64,000 nt of DNA, taken from Dehalococcoidia bacterium. Its GTDB lineage: Bacteria; Chloroflexota; Dehalococcoidia; Bin125. The notes under the pieces are model-generated. The model was given only the letters and a program-made list of their open reading frames with translations. It ran no database searches and had not been told where the DNA came from. Location: contig OZ241849.1 in the NCBI GenBank assembly GCA_965203165.1, positions 1,680,563-1,744,562 on the forward strand, written 5' to 3'. The stretch's first letter is position 1, and each line of letters starts with the position of its first letter. Shown here one piece after another: positions 58,017 through 64,000 of the stretch. The position numbers and the translations under genes were made by a program.

Positions 58017-58775
58017 ATGTGCCACCGATACGAGGCTCTGCCGGCGGTGCCGCCGATTGCCGGGGCGGCGGTCGATCTGGAGGATCTGACGCTGCGCGCG
58101 TCGGACGGGGTGGAGTTCGCCGCGTTTCACGCGCGACCGGAGCAGTCGGGCGGGCCGGCGATCGTGGTGCTGCCGGATGTGCGCGGGTTGTTCCGCTTCT
58201 ACGAGGAGCTGGCGATTCGCTTCGCGGAGGCGGGCGTGGAGGCGGTCGCGATCGACTACTTCGGGCGCACGGCCGGCGTGGGCAAGCGCGACGCGGAGTT
58301 TGACTTCTGGCCGCATGTGCGAGGCACGACGCCGGAGGGGATCGCGGCGGATGTGGCGGCGGCGGCGGCGGTGCTGCGGGCCGACGACGCGGAGCGGGCG
58401 CTGTTCACGGTGGGTTTCTGCTTCGGCGGGAGCAACTCGTGGCTGCAAGGGGCGGCGGGGCACGGACTGAGCGGGGCGATCGGCTTCTACGGGCACCCGA
58501 CGCGGGAGGGGCTGAATGGGGGTTCCTCGCCGCTGGGGCAAGTCGAGCAGGTCGCCTGCCCGCTGCTCGGTCTGATGGGCGGCGCGGACGAGGGCATCCC
58601 GCGGGCGGAGGTGGACAAGTTCGCGGCGGCGCTGGACGCGCGAGGCGTGGCGAACGAGTTCATCACCTACGAGGGCGCGCCGCATTCGTTCTTCGACCGC
58701 ACGTATGACGAGCATCAGGACGCCTGCGCGGACGCCTGGCGGCGGGTGCAGGAGTTCATCAGCGCGAACAGCTAG
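58017..58775 (+). CDS. Dienelactone hydrolase family protein
   Basis: DLH family alpha/beta hydrolase (nucleophile elbow GFCFGG). Confidence 0.8.
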   Translation: MCHRYEALPAVPPIAGAAVDLEDLTLRASDGVEFAAFHARPEQSGGPAIVVLPDVRGLFRFYEELAIRFAEAGVEAVAIDYFGRTAGVGKRDAEFDFWPHVRGTTPEGIAADVAAAAAVLRADDAERALFTVGFCFGGSNSWLQGAAGHGLSGAIGFYGHPTREGLNGGSSPLGQVEQVACPLLGLMGGADEGIPRAEVDKFAAALDARGVANEFITYEGAPHSFFDRTYDEHQDACADAWRRVQEFISANS

Positions 58776-58811
58776 ACAGCTGGCGAGCACACACAGTAAG
58801 GAGCGGCGGGA

Positions 58812-59198
58812 ATGCGAGTGACGCAGGCAGCGGAGGGGAACACGAACCAGGCGAACGCGCCGATTTTCACGGGCGGCGATGTCTGGGTGCGCGCGCTGGC
58901 GGGGGCGATCGGCGGTCAGCAGGGCGGCGACGACGCGGATTTCAACCTGGCGGTCGTGCAGTTCGGCGCGGGCGCGCGGACCAAGCGCCACACGCACTCG
59001 TCGGAGCAGATGCTGTACGTGGTCGCGGGGATCGGCAAGGTGGGCAACGCGGAGGGGGAGCGCACGATCAGCGTGGGCGATTTCGTGATCATCCCGGCGG
59101 GCGAGGATCACTGGCACGGGGCAGGCGACACGGGCTCGCCAATGTCGCATCTGGCGATCACGCGGCGGGACAGCGTGACGGAGGTGACGGAGGACTGA
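58812..59198 (+). CDS. Cupin domain protein
   Basis: Cupin metal-binding His/Glu motifs (HTHSSEQ...HWHG). Confidence 0.7.
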   Translation: MRVTQAAEGNTNQANAPIFTGGDVWVRALAGAIGGQQGGDDADFNLAVVQFGAGARTKRHTHSSEQMLYVVAGIGKVGNAEGERTISVGDFVIIPAGEDHWHGAGDTGSPMSHLAITRRDSVTEVTED

Positions 59199-59212
59199 GG
59201 CGGGAGGGCGTT

Positions 59213-59727
59213 CAGTCGTCTTCGCGCTCGCGTTTGCGGCGTAGTTCTTCTTCCGCGCGGCACCTCGCCCCGCCCCAGATGTCCGGCGGCGCTTGGATGC
59301 CGCCTTCGCGGGGGTGGGGAGCGCGGGAGACGGGGACGGGGTTTGGTGCTCAGCGCGGCGAGATACCCGCGGCAAGCGCGGGTATGACGGAGTGGGGGGT
59401 GCGGGGGTATGACGGAGTGGCGAGCGCGGAGGTGTCGGAGTGGGGAGCGCGGGAGACGGGGACGGGGTTTGGTGCTCAGCGCGGCGAGATACCCGCGGCA
59501 AGCGCGGGTATGACGGAGTGGGGGTGCGGGGGTATGACGGAGTGGCGAGCGCGGAGGTGTCGGAGTGGGGAGCGCGGGCATGACGGAGTGGGAGCGCGGG
59601 GGTGTCGGAGTGGGGAGCGCGGGTATGACGGAGTGGGGGTGCGGGGGGTGTCGGGAGAGGGAAGCGTGAACAGGCTTTAGTCGTCTTCGCGCTCGCGTTC
59701 GCGGCGCAGCTCTTCTTCCACGCGGCG
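59213..59727. repeat. REP1-rich insert (two roughly 120-bp higher-order units) bracketed by 48-bp direct repeats. The left repeat is a duplicated 3' end (last 14 codons plus stop) of the minus-strand gene 59677..60117
   Basis: Left tcagtcgtcttcgcgctcgcgtttgcggcgtagttcttcttccgcgcgg vs right ttagtcgtcttcgcgctcgcgttcgcggcgcagctcttcttccacgcgg. Confidence 0.8.
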
Positions 59728-60117
59728 GCGTTCTTCAGCGCGGATTTGTTCGCGCAGTCGTCGCTCGTTCTCGGCGTCGTCGCTTTGCAGGCCCTCGTCC
59801 CGCCAGTCGCGCCCTCTCGCCAGCCGTTCTTTCTCGATTCGACGTTCGGTGCTCTCCGGGGCGATCAACGCGAACGCCAGACCGATCGGGCCGAGTACGA
59901 AACCGAGAAAGAAGCCTCCACAGCTGGAGCGACCTTTACTGCTCATCATCATGCCCCCGGCCACGCCGCAGGCGAGCCAGATGATCAGGGCGATGACGAC
60001 TATTTCCACTGCTGCATTCCTTCGCTTGGCGACTGTGAATTGCCGTAACCGCGGCTTGGGGTTCTCAGCCTCAGTAGCTGCTCCGCCGCGCCACCCGAAC
60101 GACATCCCAGGCCGCAA
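59677..60117 (-). CDS. Hypothetical small membrane protein with a charged C-terminal tail (...RREREREDD)
   Basis: Two predicted TM helices and a duplicated 3' end nearby. The start is uncertain. Confidence 0.4.
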   Translation of the reverse strand: MRPGMSFGWRGGAATEAENPKPRLRQFTVAKRRNAAVEIVVIALIIWLACGVAGGMMMSSKGRSSCGGFFLGFVLGPIGLAFALIAPESTERRIEKERLARGRDWRDEGLQSDDAENERRLREQIRAEERRRVEEELRREREREDD

Positions 60118-60562
60118 TGGCCACGATCGCCGCCACGCTGGCGATGCTCAGCGCGAGCAGCACGGCTGAGCCGGTATCGCCCACATCGCCGAGTTGGCGC
60201 AGGGCGAGCAGCACGCCCGCGGTGCTCGCGGCGAGAGCGATCGCCAGCCAGTGATGCACCCACTCGGCGGCGAAATTCACCGCAATCGCCACGACTACCG
60301 CGGCGTTGACCACGATCAGCAGGTGGACATCTTCAAGTCGGTTCCAGCCGCCGCGCTGGGTGCCGGTCAGCTCGTCGGCGGCCTCGATTAGCGCGTCGCC
60401 GCGCAGGCTGAGGAAGAGCACCACAATCGCCGCGCCAACCGCCCCGCCGACCAGCGGGCGAAAGAGGCGCGGGCCGATGCTCTCGAACGAGCGCGCCGGC
60501 GCGGCGCCCAGCTTGCGGCGCGCGTGCTCGCGTCCTGCCGGTTCGGCTGCTGAGTCGGCCAT
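60071..60562 (-). CDS. Hypothetical polytopic membrane protein
   Basis: Hydrophobic ORF with GC3 bias. Overlaps the downstream ORF by 47 nt. Confidence 0.35.
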   Translation of the reverse strand: MADSAAEPAGREHARRKLGAAPARSFESIGPRLFRPLVGGAVGAAIVVLFLSLRGDALIEAADELTGTQRGGWNRLEDVHLLIVVNAAVVVAIAVNFAAEWVHHWLAIALAASTAGVLLALRQLGDVGDTGSAVLLALSIASVAAIVAIAAWDVVRVARRSSY

Positions 60563-60596
60563 CGGACTCCTCCACTGCGCGGCTCCCGCGCGCAGT

Positions 60597-61376
60597 TCAA
60601 ATGTTAGACCGCGTTTGGCCGCCGTCGACGTTGAGGCACGCCCCTGTCACCCACGCCGCGCGCGGCGAGGCAAGGAACGCGACGACGTCGGCCACCTCTT
60701 CGGGACGCCCGAAGCGGCCAAACGCGATGCCGTCGAGCACGCTGCTGCGGATGCCTTCGGGGTCGGCGTCGTAGCGCTCCTGCCAGCGGCTGCCCGGCCA
60801 GGCGATCGAGCCCGGCGCGACGGCGTTGGCGCGGATGTTGCGCGGCGCGAGTTCGAGCGCGAGCGACTTGGCGTGACTGTGCACCGCCGCCTTCATCGCG
60901 TTGTACTGCGCCGAACCGCCAGCCTCGCGCCCGAAGATCGAGCCGATGTGGACGATCGCGCTGCTCTCCGCTCCCTCGCCCGAGGCGGCCGCTTCCAGAT
61001 GCGGCAGCGCCGCGCGGGTGGTGCGCACCGCCGCCATCAGATTCAGCTCGAACATCTCCTGCCAAACCTCATCGCTCTCGCCGCGAATCGACACGCCCAT
61101 GTTGTTGACCAGGATGTCGAGGCGTCCGAACACCTCAACGGCGCTCGCGACGACCCGATCCGGCGCGCCCGCCTCGCCCAGGTCGGCAGCGACGGTGTGG
61201 ACATTGCCGGGTCCTTCGGCGGCGATGCGTTGAGCGGCGGCGGCGAGCGCGTCGGGGCGGCGGGCGCAGATCGCGACATCCGCCCCCTCAGCCGCCAGCG
61301 CCCGCGCGCACCAGAGGCCAATCCCCTCCGATGCGCCCGTAATCAGCGCCGCTTTGCCGGTCAGCCCCAAGTCCAT
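60597..61376 (-). CDS. SDR-family oxidoreductase
   Basis: TGASEGIG Rossmann motif and a YxxxK catalytic region. Start chosen at MDLGLTGK. Confidence 0.8.
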   Translation of the reverse strand: MDLGLTGKAALITGASEGIGLWCARALAAEGADVAICARRPDALAAAAQRIAAEGPGNVHTVAADLGEAGAPDRVVASAVEVFGRLDILVNNMGVSIRGESDEVWQEMFELNLMAAVRTTRAALPHLEAAASGEGAESSAIVHIGSIFGREAGGSAQYNAMKAAVHSHAKSLALELAPRNIRANAVAPGSIAWPGSRWQERYDADPEGIRSSVLDGIAFGRFGRPEEVADVVAFLASPRAAWVTGACLNVDGGQTRSNI

Positions 61377-61584
61377 CAGCATCTCCAGTGCGTCGCAGTG
61401 TACGACGCGGCGGGCGCGGAGCGGGTTTGACATCGGCTGCCGACTGCACACCTCTGGGCGCACGCGGATCGACCGCCGGAGGCAACCGTGCCCGACGCAA
61501 CCGGCGTCACCACGCCCATCCCCGCTCTGACCGACGCGAAGTGCGATCTGATCGCGATGCTCGCCACCGACTAGAGCCCGTTCA

Positions 61585-62545
61585 CACTTCCGTCATTCCT
61601 GCCTGTGCGGGAATGACGGAAGTGCGGTGCAGGTGTGGCGGGGGCAGTCGCGGGGCTCCGTGCTGTGCGCGGCGAGATACCCGCGGCGAGCGCGGGTATG
61701 ACGGTCTTCTCTCGCGCGGGTGTGGCGGAGCTGTCTTGCGTGGGTACGACGGTCTTCTCTCGCGCGGGTGTGGCGGTCTTCTCTTGCGCGGGTGTGGCGG
61801 AGCTGTCTTGCGTGGGGTGGCGGTGGTGGGGCGCAGGTGTGGCGGGGGCAGTCGCGGGGCTCCGTGCTGTGCGCGGCGAGATACCCGCGGCGAGCGCGGG
61901 TATGACGATTTTCTCTCGCGCGGGTATGACGGTCTTCTCTCGCGCGGGTACGACGGTCTTCTCTCGCGCGGGTGTGGCGGAGCTGTCTTGCGTGGGGTGG
62001 CGGTGGTAGCGCGCAGGTGTGGCGGTGGCAGTCGCGGGGCTCCGTGCTGTGCGCGGCGAGATACCCGCGGCGAGCGCGGGTATGACGGTCTTCTCTCGCG
62101 CGGGTGTGACGATTTTCTCTCGCGCGGGTGTGGCGGTCTTCTCGCGCGCGGGTATGACGGTCTTCTCTCGCGCGGGTGTGGCGGAGCTGTCTTGCGTGGG
62201 GTGGTGGAGCTGTCTCGCGCGGGTGTGGCGGTGGCAGTCGCGGGGCTCTCCGTGCTGTGCGCGGCGAGATACCCGCGGCGAGCGCGGGTATGACGGTCTT
62301 CTCTCGCGCGGGTGTGACGGTCTTCTCTTGCGCGGGTGTGGCGGAGCTGTCTTGCGTGGGGTGGCGGTGGTGGGGCGCAGGTGTGGCGGAGCTGTCTTGC
62401 GTGGGTGTGGCGGAGCTGTCTTGCGTGGGTGTGGCAGAGCTGTCTTGCGTGGGTGTGGCAGAGCTGTCTCGCGCGGGTGTGGCGGTGGTGTTTTGCGCGG
62501 GTGTGGCGGTGGTGTTTTGCGTGGGGTGGCTGGCGCATGCGGGAT
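61585..62545. repeat. Higher-order tandem array of about 960 bp: one REP2 hairpin, then four roughly 200-bp units, each holding a REP1 hairpin (61674, 61877, 62057, 62266) followed by 24-bp tandem repeats (tcttctctcgcgcgggtgtggcgg / agctgtcttgcgtgggtgtggcgg)
   Basis: Seen directly in the sequence. Fills the divergent intergenic region between the SDR gene and the penicillin acylase gene. Confidence 0.85.
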
Positions 62546-62556
62546 AATCGAGCCTA

Positions 62557-64000
62557 ATGGGCTCCATGAGCAGTCTGCGGCGCGGGTCTGCGCTTGCTTT
62601 GCGGCAGGGGGTTGGGCTGCTGCGGGCGCTGGGCGGGGAGGCTTGGCCGCTGCGGGGGCGCGTTCGGCGGCGCGGGCGCGAGACTGTTTCGGGCATTGGG
62701 GCGGAGATTGAGATCATCCGCGACCACTGGGGGGTGCCGCACTGCTTTGCGGAGTCCGTGGCCGACGCGCTTTTTGCGCTGGGCTACGTGCATGCGCAGG
62801 ATCGGCTCTGGCAGATGCACTGGAGTCGGCGGGCGGCGCTGGGCCGGATTGCGGAGCTGGTCGGTCCGCTCGGGCTGCCGGCGGATCGCCTGACGCGCAC
62901 GCTGGGCATCGGGCGCGTCTCGCTGGCGGCGTGGGAGGCGACGTCGCAGCGGCAGCGCGACGAGCTCGCGCCCTATATCGCGGGGGTGAACGCCGGGGCG
63001 GCGCGCGCGCCCGCGCCGTTTGAGGCGCGGATGCTCGATGGGCGAATTGAGCCGTGGGAGCCGCCGCACTCGATCGCCTGGGGCAAGCTGCTCTCGTTTC
63101 TGCTTGCGCCGGCCTGGGAGCAGCAGTTGCTGCGGGCGGGCGTCTACGAGCGGGCGGGCGGCGAGGCGTTGCGGGCGATCGACCCGCCGATCTCGTCTGA
63201 GGCGGCGGTGGTGACGCCGCCCGAAGCGGCGTATGGGCGGCTCGCGGGGCCGGCGCAGGACGGCGCGCGGGCGCTGGCGGAGCTGCTGGGGCTGCGGGGC
63301 GGGGCGAGCAATAATTGGGCGGTCGCGGGCGCGAGGACGAAGAGCGGGCGGCCGATTCTGGCCTGCGATCCGCACCTCACCCCGGTGACGCCGCCGCATG
63401 CCTACTTCGCCCACCTGCACTGCCCGGAGTTCGACGCGGCGGGCGCGACGGTGCCGGGCCTGCCGGGGATCGTCTGGGGCTGCAACGACCAAATTGCCTG
63501 GGGTCCGACGGCGGCGATGCAGGCGATGCACATCGCGGTGGTGGAGGAGCTGAACGACGCGGGCGACGCGACGCGCACGCCGGAGGGCTGGGCGCCGATC
63601 GAGCGCAGCCGTGAGGAGATTGCGGTGCGGGGGTATCCGTCGGAGTGGATCGAGCTGCGGCGCAGCGTTCACGGGCCGATCGTCTCGGAGGCGCTCGCGC
63701 CGCAGCGCGCGCCGCAATTCCGCAGCGAGCATGCGGCGAAGCGGGCGATCAGCCTGCAGTCGGCGGTGCTGAGCCCCAACCAGAGCGGCTCGGCGATTGT
63801 GGCGCTGATGCAGGCGACGGACTGGGAAAGCTTCTCCGCGGCGGCGGGCGGGATCGACGATTTCAATCTCGCGTTCGCCTACGCGGACACGGCGGGGTCG
63901 ATCGGGATGCGGGTTTCGGGCGCGGTACCGGCGGGCGATCCGCAGGCGCTGCGGCTGCCGGTCGCGGGCTGGCTTGCGGCGGAGCAGGGCGGCGCGCCAA
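62557..64000 (+). CDS. Penicillin acylase (Ntn-hydrolase peptidase S45) family protein, 3'-truncated by the window end
   Basis: Frame-1 translation MGSMSSLRRG...IRDHWGVPH...GASNNWAV (beta-subunit nucleophile Ser) continues to the window end. Not in the ORF track because no stop codon lies in the window. Confidence 0.8.
   Translation, partial: MGSMSSLRRGSALALRQGVGLLRALGGEAWPLRGRVRRRGRETVSGIGAEIEIIRDHWGVPHCFAESVADALFALGYVHAQDRLWQMHWSRRAALGRIAELVGPLGLPADRLTRTLGIGRVSLAAWEATSQRQRDELAPYIAGVNAGAARAPAPFEARMLDGRIEPWEPPHSIAWGKLLSFLLAPAWEQQLLRAGVYERAGGEALRAIDPPISSEAAVVTPPEAAYGRLAGPAQDGARALAELLGLRGGASNNWAVAGARTKSGRPILACDPHLTPVTPPHAYFAHLHCPEFDAAGATVPGLPGIVWGCNDQIAWGPTAAMQAMHIAVVEELNDAGDATRTPEGWAPIERSREEIAVRGYPSEWIELRRSVHGPIVSEALAPQRAPQFRSEHAAKRAISLQSAVLSPNQSGSAIVALMQATDWESFSAAAGGIDDFNLAFAYADTAGSIGMRVSGAVPAGDPQALRLPVAGWLAAEQGGAP

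Noticed and set aside
56013-59501. Long minus-strand ORFs 56013..57428 and 57963..59501 with Pro/Arg-rich products
   Set aside because: They overlap the well-supported crotonase, vWA, DLH and cupin genes in other frames or strands, and run through REP repeat DNA. High-GC artefacts.
61585-62545. Possible CRISPR array (regularly spaced 31-bp palindromic repeat)
   Set aside because: Spacing is about 200 bp, and the inter-repeat DNA is itself made of 24-bp tandem repeats, not unique spacers. The repeat is a dispersed REP hairpin found in single copies elsewhere. No cas genes are present.
62554-63732. 392-aa minus-strand ORF
   Set aside because: Antisense to the clearly homologous penicillin acylase reading frame on the plus strand.

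Overview
High-GC (about 70%) bacterial chromosomal window, mostly ordinary metabolism genes. The lineage cannot be fixed from sequence alone. An F420-type LLM oxidoreductase, Zn-ribbon (archaeal-type) threonine synthases, a class I FBA, Uma2 endonucleases and abundant REP-like repeats are compatible with Chloroflexota or Actinomycetota.

Main content, in genome order:
- a 5'-truncated FN3-like secreted repeat protein, with two large paralogs at 51.6-55.9 kb
- a PhoB/PhoR-like two-component pair followed by pstS; pstC-(small ORF)-pstA-pstB-phoU lies 20 kb away
- a very long, tightly packed minus-strand gene string (18.4 kb down to 6.6 kb): Rrf2 regulator, CysK, a MoaD/CysO-like ubiquitin-like domain fused in-frame to a ThiF/MoeB E1, a stand-alone CysO ending GGRR, CysM, rhodanese, a hypothetical, an MT-A70 methyltransferase, a JAMM/MPN+ peptidase, folP, folK, a threonine-synthase-like protein plus a NIL-domain protein, and two epoxide hydrolases
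- cysH diverging from the Rrf2 regulator, with a glutaredoxin-like gene
- lgt
- a DNA methyltransferase fused to an Mrr-like nuclease domain
- ResB
- a second ThrC
- a Uma2 endonuclease
- a sulfite-oxidase-like Mo enzyme
- lspA-rluD-gltX followed by tRNA-Gln(CUG) and tRNA-Glu(CUC)
- a YqeC/MobA-like pair
- ltaE
- an RCC1-repeat gene interrupted by two in-frame TAG codons
- fabF, folC, fbp, class I fba
- enoyl-CoA hydratase, a vWA protein, DLH, a cupin, an SDR
- a 3'-truncated penicillin acylase

Intergenic DNA is dominated by two REP-like hairpin families (CCGTCATACCCGCG...CGCGGGTATGACGG and CCGTCATTCCTGC...GCAGGAATGACGG) arranged in higher-order tandem arrays, often flanked by 40-50 bp direct repeats.

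The most interesting candidate system is the sulfur-carrier (ubiquitin-like) cysteine biosynthesis operon: a Ubl-E1 fusion, a C-terminally extended CysO, a JAMM peptidase and an embedded MT-A70 methylase.

Many long ORFs in the six-frame track are high-GC antisense artefacts and were rejected.
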